A DNA stretch of 64,000 nucleotides. It comes from Methylobacter sp. Lineage in GTDB: Bacteria; Pseudomonadota; Gammaproteobacteria; Methylococcales; Methylomonadaceae. Shown here piece by piece: positions 47,993-57,625 of this stretch. The position numbers and the translations under genes are program-made. The stretch is from the NCBI GenBank assembly GCA_024636505.1, contig JAGXGY010000044.1:9319-73318 (forward strand), given 5' to 3'. Each line of letters opens with the position of its first letter. Position 1 is the first letter of the stretch. A model generated the notes under the pieces. It had not been told where the DNA came from. It searched no databases and worked only from the letters and a program-made list of their open reading frames with translations.

Positions 47993-48373
47993 ATGAAAAA
48001 GATTCTTTTCTTAATTGTTTTGTTGTCGGCAGTAACCGCTTTTGCTGATGATGCCAAAAATGAATGGCATAACACCACGCTATCCGATGCCACAATTAAG
48101 AAGATTCAGGATGCGGGGTATCAATATAAAATGTGTGTTTCGGGTGAAATGCAAAAACCTGCTCATCAACAGCAGGAGAGCCGTCGGGCGACGGAAGCGA
48201 TCATGAAGCAATGCGAATCGATTTTATCCCGGATGCGCGAAGTGTATCTGGCTGAAAAAGTGCCCGGCATCGTTGCCGACCGCCATTTAAGGCAGATGCG
48301 CATGCAAACTACGCGCAATGTACTGCAAGGTATGATGTTTGGCGAAGCCGCCAGAAAATCCGGTCAACAATAA
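47993..48373 (+). CDS. Hypothetical exported protein
   Basis: Signal peptide MKKILFLIVLLSAVTAFA; two Cys. Confidence 0.75.
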   Translation: MKKILFLIVLLSAVTAFADDAKNEWHNTTLSDATIKKIQDAGYQYKMCVSGEMQKPAHQQQESRRATEAIMKQCESILSRMREVYLAEKVPGIVADRHLRQMRMQTTRNVLQGMMFGEAARKSGQQ

Positions 48374-48392
48374 CTATTAAGAGTCTCGATTA

Positions 48393-49034
48393 ATGAATAC
48401 TTATGCAATTGATTTATCCTTGAAACCCACTACATTCGACCTCTGGCATGTTTGTTTGGCGGGTACTGCGGCCTTGTTGGCGCTGATTTTAATCGTATTA
48501 TTGCTGTCGATGCTGATCAGCCTGATGCGCGGCAAGAAAAAACCGCCGGTTCAAGCGCCGCCGCCTGAACCGGCGGTAAAAATCGTTGAGAAAATTGTCG
48601 AAGTGGAAAAGCTGGTTCATGCGCCTGCGCCGGAACCTGTGGTATTAAAAGAGGCGACGCCTGATGCAGCCTTGCAATTGCTGGGTTTGTTGCAAAAAGA
48701 AGCGCGCTTTATCGATTTTATTAAAGAAGATATTGCCGCTTACAGCGATGCCGATATTGGTGTTGCGGCCCGTGTCGTGCATGAAGGCTGTAATAAGGCG
48801 ATTAACGAACACTTTACCTTGGCTACCGTCCGTAGCGAGCAGGAAGGCAGTAAAATCACTTTGCCGCAGGGTTTTGACGCGGCTACAGTACGTTTAACCG
48901 GTAATATCGTCGGTCAGGCGCCTTTTACCGGTACGCTGGTGCATAAAGGTTGGCAAGTAACCGGTATCAGGTTGCCCAAGCTGACGTCAGGGCATAACGC
49001 CGCGATTGTTGCGCCGGCAGAGGTGGAGTTATGA
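48393..49034 (+). CDS. DUF2760 domain protein
   Basis: ALQLLGLLQKEARFIDF, ARVVHEGC, RLTGN, GTLVHKGW and APAEVEL. Confidence 0.85.
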   Translation: MNTYAIDLSLKPTTFDLWHVCLAGTAALLALILIVLLLSMLISLMRGKKKPPVQAPPPEPAVKIVEKIVEVEKLVHAPAPEPVVLKEATPDAALQLLGLLQKEARFIDFIKEDIAAYSDADIGVAARVVHEGCNKAINEHFTLATVRSEQEGSKITLPQGFDAATVRLTGNIVGQAPFTGTLVHKGWQVTGIRLPKLTSGHNAAIVAPAEVEL

Positions 49035-50947
49035 AGGAGTTATTTGGTTCGCAAGCAGTTAAAGATGACGAGACCGTTGAACAGTTAGCCGTTGAGCAAG
49101 CCCAACACGCAGACTCGGCAACACAGTTTTCTGTCGGCATCGATTTGGGTACTACGCATTGTGTTTTGTCTTATGCCGATCTGACTAATATCGACGATGA
49201 AGAATTCTCGCCGCAAGTCATGGCAATACCGCAATTGACTTCTCCCGGTTCGGTTGAAGACAAATTCCAGTTGCCGTCGTTTTTATATCAGGCCCATCCA
49301 GCCGAATTGGCGGAAGATTCTACGGCCTTACCCTGGATCGCAAAACCGGACTATCTGGTTGGCGAAATCGCCCGTAATCTGGGCAGCAAAACGCCGATAC
49401 GCTTGGTAGCCAGTGCCAAAAGCTGGCTATGTCATGCCGGCGTGGACTGCAAAGCCCCGATTCTACCGGCTGAAGCCTCCGACGAAGTGGAACGGGTCTC
49501 GCCGTTTCAGGCGACCACCGCTTATCTGCAACATCTGTGCGATGCCTGGCAAAGTCAGTTTCCTGATGCGCCGTTGGATCAGCAGGATGTCGTTATTACG
49601 GTGCCGGCCTCATTCGATCCGGCGGCACGGGAGTTGACGGTTGAATCGGCGCGTGCGGTGGGTCTTGGTCAGGCAATTCTGCTGGAAGAGCCTCAGGCCG
49701 CATTATACAGCTGGATAGAGAAAAGCCATGGCGACTGGCGCAAGCACGCCGAGGTCGGCGATATTATCCTGGTTATCGATGTCGGCGGCGGCACCACTGA
49801 CTTATCGTTGATAGCGGTTACCCAGCAACAGGGCAATCTTGAGCTGACCCGGGTCGCGGTCGGCGATCATATCCTGTTGGGCGGCGACAATATGGATCTG
49901 GCCTTGGCCTATACGGTTAAGGCCAAGCTGGAACAAGACGGCAAGCGCTTGGAGCCTTGGCAGATTCAGGCGTTGACCCACAGTTGCCGCGATGCCAAAG
50001 AAAAAATCTTCACCAATTCCGAAGTGGATAATATCCCTCTGGTAGTGGCGAGTAGAGGTTCTTCGCTGATTGGCGGCACGCTACGCAGCGAATTAACCCG
50101 TGAAGAAGTCAATCGCGTCCTGGTTGAAGGATTTTTGCCTAAGGCGGCGGTCAGCGACAGACCGGTCAGCCGTCCCCGTACCGGCTTAAGAACCGCAGGT
50201 CTCCCTTATGCGCAGGATGCGGGTATTACCCGTCATCTGGCGGCGTTTTTAACCAAACAACAAGGCGCTACCGACGAGCTTAAGGATATTCATCTGCCGG
50301 AACAGGCGAGCTTTTTACATCCTACAGCGGTGTTGTTTAACGGCGGCGTGCTAAAAGCCGATGCCTTGGCTGACCGGTTAATGGAGGTGTTAAATTCGTG
50401 GTTGAGCGCGGAACAAGCTCCAGAAGCCCGATTATTGGAAGGTGCCGATCTTGATCTGGCCGTCGCCCGAGGGGCTGCGTATTACGGCTATGTTCGTAAA
50501 GGCAAGGGTGTGCGTATCAAAGGCGGTACCGCCGCCTCCTATTATGTCGGCATAGAAAGTGCCATGCCCGCAGTGCCCGGCATGGCGCCGGAAATTCAGG
50601 CTTTGTGCATTGCTCCGTTCGGCATGGAAGAAGGTACCCAGCAGGAATTGCCGGATGATGAATTCGGTCTGGTGATCGGCGAACCGGTACGGTTTCGCTT
50701 TTTCGCCTCCAATACCCGGCGCGAGGATAAGGTGGGTACCCGCCTGGATTATTGGACTGACGAAGAACTGGACGAACTCGACGAGATTGAAATCACCCTG
50801 CCGGAAGAGGGGCGCAGACCCGGTGAAGTGGTGCCGGTGCATCTGTGTGCAGCCGTAACCGAAGTGGGCACGCTGGAATTGCAAGCCGTCTCGCAAAAAG
50901 ACCAGGGTCGCTGGAAAATTGAATTTGATGTCAGGGCGGGCGAGTAG
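49031..50947 (+). CDS. Hsp70/DnaK-like protein (non-canonical, DUF2760-associated)
   Basis: GIDLGTTH, TVPASFD, LEEPQAA, DVGGGTTD and LGGDNMD; ATGA coupling to the DUF2760 gene. Confidence 0.9.
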   Translation: MKELFGSQAVKDDETVEQLAVEQAQHADSATQFSVGIDLGTTHCVLSYADLTNIDDEEFSPQVMAIPQLTSPGSVEDKFQLPSFLYQAHPAELAEDSTALPWIAKPDYLVGEIARNLGSKTPIRLVASAKSWLCHAGVDCKAPILPAEASDEVERVSPFQATTAYLQHLCDAWQSQFPDAPLDQQDVVITVPASFDPAARELTVESARAVGLGQAILLEEPQAALYSWIEKSHGDWRKHAEVGDIILVIDVGGGTTDLSLIAVTQQQGNLELTRVAVGDHILLGGDNMDLALAYTVKAKLEQDGKRLEPWQIQALTHSCRDAKEKIFTNSEVDNIPLVVASRGSSLIGGTLRSELTREEVNRVLVEGFLPKAAVSDRPVSRPRTGLRTAGLPYAQDAGITRHLAAFLTKQQGATDELKDIHLPEQASFLHPTAVLFNGGVLKADALADRLMEVLNSWLSAEQAPEARLLEGADLDLAVARGAAYYGYVRKGKGVRIKGGTAASYYVGIESAMPAVPGMAPEIQALCIAPFGMEEGTQQELPDDEFGLVIGEPVRFRFFASNTRREDKVGTRLDYWTDEELDELDEIEITLPEEGRRPGEVVPVHLCAAVTEVGTLELQAVSQKDQGRWKIEFDVRAGE

Positions 50948-50973
50948 GCTCGAACCGTTTTAAGGCATTTCTG

Positions 50974-51043
50974 GTTCCCACGCTCCGGCGTGGGAACTCA
51001 TACCGACTTTCCATATGTATTCCCACGCGGGAGCATGGGAACG
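50974..51043. repeat. REP family A doublet
   Basis: GTTCCCACGCTCCGGCGTGGGAAC ... TTCCCACGCGGGAGCATGGGAAC. Confidence 0.8.
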
Positions 51044-51055
51044 AGGACATAAAAA

Positions 51056-51631
51056 ATGAATCGAAAAAAACGCTTGATTATCGCCATGACCGGGGCAACC
51101 GGTGCGGTTTATGGGGTAAGGATGCTGCAAGTTTTGCAGACCCAGGAGGAATGGGAGACGCATTTGGTCATCTCTTCGTCCGGGGTGGTCAATTTAACCC
51201 ATGAAATGGGCATGAAGCGCGCTGAGCTGGTCGAGTTGGCCGATGTCACCCATGGTATCAACGACATTGCCGCCAGTATTTCCAGCGGCGGTTTTAAAAC
51301 CGAAGGCATGATTATCGCGCCATGTTCAATGAAAACATTATCTGCGGTGGCGCACGGTTTTGGCGATAACCTGATTTCACGCTCGGCTGACGTGGTGTTA
51401 AAAGAGCGCCGACGCTTGGTGGTGATGCCTCGCGAAACACCGTTAAATCTGGTGCATATTCGCAACATGGCGAGTGTGACCGAAATGGGCGGTATCATCT
51501 TTCCGCCGATGCCCGCTTTTTACAGTAAATCGGATTCATTGGCGGCCATGGTTGATGAGACCGTCGGTCGGGTTTTGGAACTATTCGGGGTTAATGTCGA
51601 CGGCTTGTATAAACCTTGGGAAGGATTGTAG
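51056..51631 (+). CDS. ubiX: Flavin prenyltransferase
   Basis: TGATGA, ASISSG, APCSMKTL, RSADV.LKERR and PRETP. Confidence 0.93.
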   Translation: MNRKKRLIIAMTGATGAVYGVRMLQVLQTQEEWETHLVISSSGVVNLTHEMGMKRAELVELADVTHGINDIAASISSGGFKTEGMIIAPCSMKTLSAVAHGFGDNLISRSADVVLKERRRLVVMPRETPLNLVHIRNMASVTEMGGIIFPPMPAFYSKSDSLAAMVDETVGRVLELFGVNVDGLYKPWEGL

Positions 51632-51693
51632 AAGCATAAGATATTGACCGCGAACACATAATCTTCGTGTGTTCGCAGCAGACAGGCGTCGCC

Positions 51694-52821
51694 TTAAGAC
51701 AGCCGTCGTGAATTTTTGCTGTTACGAAATATCAACGGCTTTTCATGGTCAGATAACGCACTGGCTTTAGCCGAGTCGATCGCTTCCTGAATCACCGAGT
51801 GATTAGGCGATTTGCTGCATACCGGGTCGGCGGCGTACATATCGCCGGTCAACAGATAAGCTTGGCAACGGCAGCCGCCGAAATCTTTTTCTTTTTCATC
51901 GCAGCTGCTGCACGGCTCTTTCATCCACTCATAGCCGCGAAAAAAGTTGAAGGCTTTGGATTCGTGCCAGATTTGATCGATGCTGTAGTCTTTCACATTG
52001 GGGCAATCGAGTCCCGGCAGGTCGCGGGCCGAATGACAGGGCAGGGCTACGCCGTCCGGTGCGATGGTTAAGAAGGTCGTTCCCCAGCCGTTCATACAGG
52101 CTTTGGGCCGGTCTTCATGAAAATCCGGCACTACATAATAGATTTTCATTTTCCCGGCGACTTTTTCTTTAAAAGCCTGGGCGATTTGTTCGGCCTGTTC
52201 AAACTGTTCTTTGGTGGGCAGCAATAAATCGCGGTTGGCATGCGCCCAGCCGTAATATTGGGTATTGGCCAGTTCCAGGTAATCTGCGCCCAGCTCTTCG
52301 GCCATGGCCAGTATTTCCGGCATCTGGTGGATGTTTTCGCGATGAATGACCACGCACAAGACCATCGGATAGCCGTGTTTTTTGACCAGATGGGCGACTT
52401 CTTTTTTATGCCGGAACGATGTTGTGCCGGCGATATGGTCGTTCAATTCCTGGCTGCTGGCCTGGATGCTGACCTGGATGTGGTCTAGTCCGGCTTCTTT
52501 GAGTTCGACGATTTTTTCTTCGGTCAGTCCATAGCCTGAGGTAATCAGGTTGGAGTAATAACCCAGGTTTTTGGCATGTTTAACCAGTTCGGGCAGATCT
52601 TTTCGGGTTAGCGGTTCGCCGCCGGAAAAACCCAGTTGCACCGCGCCCATTTTGCGGGCCTCTGTCAGTACGCGCTTCCAGTCCTCGGTGTCCAGTTCGG
52701 ATTGATAGTTCGCGTAATCAATCGGGTTAGAACAATAAGGGCACTGCAACGGGCAGGCGTAAGTCAATTCCGCCAGCAACCAGCGCGGCGGGGTGATGCT
52801 AGTTTTGTTGGATCCAGCCAT
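51694..52821 (-). CDS. pqqE: PqqA peptide cyclase (radical SAM)
   Basis: AELTYACPLQCPYCSNP and SPASM-domain cysteines. Confidence 0.97.
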   Translation of the reverse strand: MAGSNKTSITPPRWLLAELTYACPLQCPYCSNPIDYANYQSELDTEDWKRVLTEARKMGAVQLGFSGGEPLTRKDLPELVKHAKNLGYYSNLITSGYGLTEEKIVELKEAGLDHIQVSIQASSQELNDHIAGTTSFRHKKEVAHLVKKHGYPMVLCVVIHRENIHQMPEILAMAEELGADYLELANTQYYGWAHANRDLLLPTKEQFEQAEQIAQAFKEKVAGKMKIYYVVPDFHEDRPKACMNGWGTTFLTIAPDGVALPCHSARDLPGLDCPNVKDYSIDQIWHESKAFNFFRGYEWMKEPCSSCDEKEKDFGGCRCQAYLLTGDMYAADPVCSKSPNHSVIQEAIDSAKASALSDHEKPLIFRNSKNSRRLS

Positions 52822-53071
52822 TTTTTAAAGCAACCTCTAAGAAAGCGGTGATGTCGTTGGTGAGTCCTGTGGTGGCGAATTTCTGTTCCAGATCAGCGAT
52901 GATTTGATCGGGCTTGCGGCTGCCGTCGCATAGCTTCAGAATTTCAGCGGAGCTTTGGTTAAGTTCCACCATGCCTTCAGGGTAGAGAATAACGTCTTTT
53001 TGCTGGGCTTCTTCCCATTGCAGGCGGTGCATCGGGGAAAATTTGATGGCTTGATCTGGGTTAATACTCAT
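52799..53071 (-). CDS. pqqD: PqqA-binding protein
   Basis: [12 protein letters not shown]...ILKLCDG. Confidence 0.95.
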   Translation of the reverse strand: MSINPDQAIKFSPMHRLQWEEAQQKDVILYPEGMVELNQSSAEILKLCDGSRKPDQIIADLEQKFATTGLTNDITAFLEVALKNGWIQQN

Positions 53072-53796
53072 TTTTCAATAGTAAAATAAGGCGGCATCTC
53101 GTGAATATAAGCCATGTACATGGCATCGGCCATCGTCCACAGTACATCCAGCTTGAATTGCAGGATTTGAATCATCCGGTCTTGTTGTTCGCGGGTCTTA
53201 TACCAGTCCAGCGTAATTGCCAGGCCGTGTTCGACATCGCGCCGGGCTTCGGTCAGGCGTTTGCGGAAATAGATGTAACCCTCCTGTTCGACCCAGGGGT
53301 AGTGCTCCGGCCAGTTATCCAGGCGCTGCTGGTGAATTTTCGGCGCAAACAGTTCGGTTAATGAAGAACTGGCCGCTTCGTGCCATTCGGCTCGGCGAGC
53401 GAAATTAACATAAGCATCGACCGCAAAACGCACGCCCGGTAGCACGAACTTTAACGAGGTGATGTCTTCGCGCCCCAGGCCGACCGCCATGCCCAGCTGT
53501 ATCCAGGCTTCAATGCCGCCGGGATCGCCGGGGTGGCCGTCATGATCCATGATCCGCTGCACCCATTTGGCGCGAGTTTCGCGATCCGGGCAGTTAGCCA
53601 GGATGTTGGCGTCTTTAATCGGAATGCACGCCTGATAATAAAAGCGGTTGGCGACCCAGCCCTGTAATTGCGCCTTGGTCAGTTTACCTTCGTTCATCAG
53701 CGTATGGTAAGGATGATGAATATGGTAATGAGTTTCCATGCCGCGCAGTTCGGCTTCAAACTGCTCTTTGGTCCAAGGTTTGTTATCGCTGCTCAT
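53068..53796 (-). CDS. pqqC: PQQ synthase
   Basis: [24 protein letters not shown] and FKLDVLW. Start is ATG 53796. Confidence 0.96.
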   Translation of the reverse strand: MSSDNKPWTKEQFEAELRGMETHYHIHHPYHTLMNEGKLTKAQLQGWVANRFYYQACIPIKDANILANCPDRETRAKWVQRIMDHDGHPGDPGGIEAWIQLGMAVGLGREDITSLKFVLPGVRFAVDAYVNFARRAEWHEAASSSLTELFAPKIHQQRLDNWPEHYPWVEQEGYIYFRKRLTEARRDVEHGLAITLDWYKTREQQDRMIQILQFKLDVLWTMADAMYMAYIHEMPPYFTIEK

Positions 53797-53806
53797 GGTG
53801 CATCCT

Positions 53807-54718
53807 TTATAAATCGATTTCCAGACCGTCGTAGGACACTTCAATACCGGCGGCATCGAGGATTTTACGCTGTTCGGAATCGTCGTCTAAAATCGGGTTG
53901 GTGTTGTTGATGTGAATCAAAATCTTGCGGGCTTTGGCCACGCCGTTTAACACTTCTATCATGCCGCCTTGGCCGGATTGCGGCAAATGGCCGATTTCGC
54001 GGGCTTTTTTGTGGCTGATGTTCTGCGTACACATTTCGTCGTCGGTCCAGAAGGTGCCGTCCACCAGTAAACAATCGACGGTTTGCATCGCCGCCATCAC
54101 ATGCGGTTCAATTTCGCCCAGACCGGGGGAATAAAACACCTTTTTGCCGGTGGAAATTTGTTCGATAATCACGCCGATATTGTCACCGTCATGCGGGTCA
54201 TGTCGATGTGGTGAATAAGGCGGCGCTTTGCTTTTTAAGGCTTGGGTGTAAAAACGCAAATCGTCAATGCCGGGAATGGTAAAGCTGCTGCCGTCGTAGG
54301 GGATCGGATGGTGGTTGACCGTGCAGTAATCCGCCAGCATGTTGAATAACGGGAAGCCGGTGGTCAGGTCTTGCTTGACCATTTCCGTACAGTAAACGTC
54401 CAGCGGTTTGCCTTCGCGCAGCATCAATAAGCCGGTGGTATGGTCGATCTGGCTGTCGATCAGCATGATCGCTTTAATGCCGGTATCGCGCACCCCTTGT
54501 TTAGGCTGGATAGCGGGAAACGCTTCCAGTTGGGCGCGAATGTCGGGAGAGGTGTTAAACAGCAACCAGTTAAGGTTGTCGGTGCTGACCGCAATCGATG
54601 ACTGGGTACGGGCTGAGCCGTTCATTTCCTTGTGCCGCAAACGGTGGCAATTATGGCAGTTGCAGTTCCATTGAGGAAAACCGCCGCCTGCGCCTGAACC
54701 GAGAACTCTGATTTTCAT
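53807..54718 (-). CDS. pqqB: PQQ biosynthesis protein B
   Basis: [21 protein letters not shown] and HINNTNP. Confidence 0.97.
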   Translation of the reverse strand: MKIRVLGSGAGGGFPQWNCNCHNCHRLRHKEMNGSARTQSSIAVSTDNLNWLLFNTSPDIRAQLEAFPAIQPKQGVRDTGIKAIMLIDSQIDHTTGLLMLREGKPLDVYCTEMVKQDLTTGFPLFNMLADYCTVNHHPIPYDGSSFTIPGIDDLRFYTQALKSKAPPYSPHRHDPHDGDNIGVIIEQISTGKKVFYSPGLGEIEPHVMAAMQTVDCLLVDGTFWTDDEMCTQNISHKKAREIGHLPQSGQGGMIEVLNGVAKARKILIHINNTNPILDDDSEQRKILDAAGIEVSYDGLEIDL

Positions 54719-54769
54719 AATTTGGAGGGAGCTTAAATTTTAGAGGGATAAAAACTAAATGATACGGGA

Positions 54770-55000
54770 GTGAATTACTCCTACCTAAAGGAAGGAGCTT
54801 CCAGCTTCAACGGGGCGATGCTCGGCATAATGCGGAGTCTAAAGTCCCCTCAACTGGCAGTACCGCTGATTCCCAGCGGCAGGCTGACTTAGGGCGACCA
54901 GCGCCATCAGCACAGAAAAAATCATACCCGGATGCAAATGAAAAATCAAGAGCGTCCTTACATCCCCTACCTGAAGGAAGGGGTTTTACGGACAAACTGG
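54770..55000 (-). mobile_element. 231-bp ORF-less IS200/IS605-derived element, copy 4 (left end, sigma70 promoter, omegaRNA-like region, right end)
   Basis: TTTAT|CCAGTTTGTCCGTAAAACCCCTTCCTTCAGGTAGGGGATGT ... TTGATT-N17-TATGAT (54949-54921) ... GAAGCTCCTTCCTTTAGGTAGGGAGTAATTCAC. Confidence 0.85.
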
Positions 55001-55016
55001 ATAAAAGGCATCAGGC

Positions 55017-55048
55017 AAAAAAAAGGGGCTCTTGATGAGCCCCTTTTT
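55017..55048 (-). terminator. Rho-independent terminator after pqqA
   Basis: AAAAAGGGGCTC-loop-GAGCCCCTTTTTTTT on the minus strand. Confidence 0.85.
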
Positions 55049-55083
55049 AGGTCTACGCCAATGGTTAAGTTGGGGTATGTTGT

Positions 55084-55158
55084 TTAACGATTGTAAATAT
55101 ACATTGTGACTTCAAAACCGAAACGCAGGTCTGTGTAGCTTGGTGTTTCCCATTTCAT
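55084..55158 (-). CDS. pqqA: PQQ precursor peptide MKWETPSYTDLRFGFEVTMYIYNR
   Basis: 24-aa ORF with the ExxxY motif and GGAGG RBS, upstream of pqqB. Below the ORF-track size cutoff. Confidence 0.97.
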   Translation of the reverse strand: MKWETPSYTDLRFGFEVTMYIYNR

Positions 55159-55340
55159 CGTGAACCTCCAGAAGTGTTTAAATTATTAGGACAGCTTGAT
55201 CAAGTAAGCTGATCGAAGTATACGATGAACTTTTTTTTAGCGCAACTGCAATAGATTCTGCAGGTATTGCTCGCCGTCCCACAAGCTTGTCAGTAATGAC
55301 TATTATCGTTAGACTCCTGATAATGGTTACATGTTGCAAT

Positions 55341-55392
55341 CCACCGACCTCATCTGTCGAATGACAAAGCCATCGACAGATGAGGTCGGTGG
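55341..55392. promoter_or_regulatory. 20-bp perfect inverted repeat upstream of the cas operon
   Basis: CCACCGACCTCATCTGTCGA-N12-TCGACAGATGAGGTCGGTGG. Confidence 0.5.
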
Positions 55393-55499
55393 CTTTCCTC
55401 GCCGTGAACGAGGAGCTTACCAGAGGATAACGATGCGAATACATCGTTGTTAAATCTAACGATTCTCCCTTTAGGGAGGTTTTAAACCAGCAAGGAAAT

Positions 55500-56531
55500 T
55501 TGATGAAGTCGGCTATACCCTTAACACGTTATCGATTTTTCTTTGGCACTGACGGTCAACCCCATCTGCCTGCATATCCTGGATCTGCTTGGCGCGGCGC
55601 CTTTGGCCATGCACTAAAAAAAGCGGTGTGCGTAGTTCGTAACACCCCATGTAATCAATGTATGTTGAGAAGCGCCTGCGCCTACAGCTACATTTTTGAA
55701 ACGCCGCCACCGCTTAATAGTGAAAAAATGCGCAAATACACAGCGGCTCCGCATCCGTTTGTATTTTGTTTTTCTTCGCCGACAGCGTTAATAGATTCAG
55801 CTTACGCATTGGATGTCATTCTGTTCGGACACGGCCAACGCTATTTGCCCTACATTATCCACGCCTTGCAAAAAGCCGGGCAAGATGGCATCGGCAGCCA
55901 TCAACAGATTTTCAACCTGCAAAAAATTGACGTTATTAGCCAAAGCGAACAAAGCGAAACCGTTTATCAATATGGCGTACTCAAGGCTCAACAATCGACC
56001 GCCTTGCAGGCGCCGCCAACGATGCCGCAGCAAATAGAAATAACCTTTCACACCCCATTGCGCATTAAGCAGGAGGGTAAAAACCTGACGGCCGGAAACT
56101 TTCATTTCGGCGCTTTGTTCAGCACCCTGCTTAGACGCATTTCCATGATCAGTTATTTTCATACAGACACGCCACTGGAAACCGATTTTGCCGCACTGAC
56201 CGCCAAAGCCAGAACCGTGCAATTTGCCCGGCAACAGCTCAAATGGTACGACTGGACGCGCTATTCATCACGGCAACAAACCGAAATGAACATGGGCGGA
56301 TTAATCGGCAGCGTTCATTTGGATATGCAAGGTCTGGAAGCATTCTGGCCTTATCTCTGGCTGGGGCAATACACCCATGTCGGCAAAGGCACCAGCATGG
56401 GCATGGGCGCTTATTCCATCGGGAGCGATTGTGGGAGCGACGCCTTTATACCCTTTAGGGTGCACGTCGCGACTACCCGTTCAAATCGCGACGTAGGCGT
56501 CGCCCCTACAACCATGGCTGCTCTAAAATGA
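55500..56531 (+). CDS. cas6: CRISPR pre-crRNA endoribonuclease Cas6 with REP-derived C-terminal tail
   Basis: GSAWRGAFG, Cys cluster C..C..C...C, PHPF, TPLR and the Gly-rich loop HVGKGTSMGMG. Confidence 0.9.
   Translation: MMKSAIPLTRYRFFFGTDGQPHLPAYPGSAWRGAFGHALKKAVCVVRNTPCNQCMLRSACAYSYIFETPPPLNSEKMRKYTAAPHPFVFCFSSPTALIDSAYALDVILFGHGQRYLPYIIHALQKAGQDGIGSHQQIFNLQKIDVISQSEQSETVYQYGVLKAQQSTALQAPPTMPQQIEITFHTPLRIKQEGKNLTAGNFHFGALFSTLLRRISMISYFHTDTPLETDFAALTAKARTVQFARQQLKWYDWTRYSSRQQTEMNMGGLIGSVHLDMQGLEAFWPYLWLGQYTHVGKGTSMGMGAYSIGSDCGSDAFIPFRVHVATTRSNRDVGVAPTTMAALK
56430..56510. repeat. REP family B doublet in frame in cas6
   Basis: GTGGGAGCGACGCCT[TTATACCCTTTAGGGTGC]ACGTCGCGA...TCGCGACGTAGGCGTCGCCCCTAC. 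Confidence 0.88.
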
Positions 56532-57625
56532 GTTTACTCGCCGTCACCGGACTTACCCCGCAGGTCGTGACCGAAACCTTGTATGCAATTCATCAGCAAG
56601 GCCAAATGTTGCCTAAGCAAATCCACATCCTTACCACTGCAGAAGGCTATCAGCGGGCGCGGCTGACCTTAATTAACGACGGTTGGCTGGCGCGCTTTTA
56701 CCGTGACTACAACCAGCCTCAACCGGATTTTTCCGAACGCCATATCCATATTTTGCAACACGCCAACGGCGACGCTTTAGTTGACATTCGCACCCAAGCC
56801 GACAATCAAGCCATGGCTGACAGTATTACCGAATGGATCAGAAGCCTGACCGCAGACCCTAACACCTCGCTGCACGTTTCCATCGCCGGTGGCCGTAAAA
56901 CCATGGGCTTTTACGCCGGTTACGCGCTGTCATTGTATGGCCGTGCGCAAGACCGTCTCAGTCATGTTTTGGTCTCAGCCGACTACGAATCGCACCCGCA
57001 GTTTTACTATCCCACACCGTATTCTCAAGTTATCTACGGTAACGATCCCACCCGCAAACCCCTGGACACCCAAAATGCCGAAGTCATGCTCGCCGATATT
57101 GCCTTTGTGCGCTTGCGCCACGGCTTGGATAGCGCCTTGCTGCAAGGCCAAAGCAGTTTTAGCGTATCGGTTGCCAAAGCCCAGCAAGCGCTAGATCCTG
57201 CACATTTAAGCATTGATTTACAACGACGCCGCATCAACGCCCAGGATACCTTTATCAAACTGATTCCTACCGACCTCGCTTTTTATAGCTGGTTGCTAAA
57301 ACGCCAATTAGCCGCACAAGCATCCCTCGTTTGCCCCTGCGACGGCGCACCTGACCTTGACTACGCCGAACAATATTTACAGGAATACCGGCTGATTAAC
57401 GGCGAACTGGGCGGCGCTGACCGTACCCGGAAAGCACTGCACCAGGGCATGAGCAAAGCCTTTTTTGAGCAGCGCAAATCACGCATTAACAAAATCTTGC
57501 AGCAAACCTTGTCACACGCTGCTTCGGCTTATTTGATCAGCGCCGTGGGCAAACGCCCGCAAACCCGCTATCAGATAATGCTGGATGCACAACAGATTCA
57601 CTATCAACAGGAGAATAAAGCATGA
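56528..57625 (+). CDS. csm6: CARF-domain CRISPR accessory protein, NE0113 family (ring-nuclease-like CARF plus wHTH-like domain)
   Basis: LLAVTGLTPQVVTETLYA, SIAGGRKTMGF and DRLSHVLV. No HEPN RxxxxH motif recognised. This family is variously named csm6 or csx14. Confidence 0.8.
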   Translation: MSLLAVTGLTPQVVTETLYAIHQQGQMLPKQIHILTTAEGYQRARLTLINDGWLARFYRDYNQPQPDFSERHIHILQHANGDALVDIRTQADNQAMADSITEWIRSLTADPNTSLHVSIAGGRKTMGFYAGYALSLYGRAQDRLSHVLVSADYESHPQFYYPTPYSQVIYGNDPTRKPLDTQNAEVMLADIAFVRLRHGLDSALLQGQSSFSVSVAKAQQALDPAHLSIDLQRRRINAQDTFIKLIPTDLAFYSWLLKRQLAAQASLVCPCDGAPDLDYAEQYLQEYRLINGELGGADRTRKALHQGMSKAFFEQRKSRINKILQQTLSHAASAYLISAVGKRPQTRYQIMLDAQQIHYQQENKA

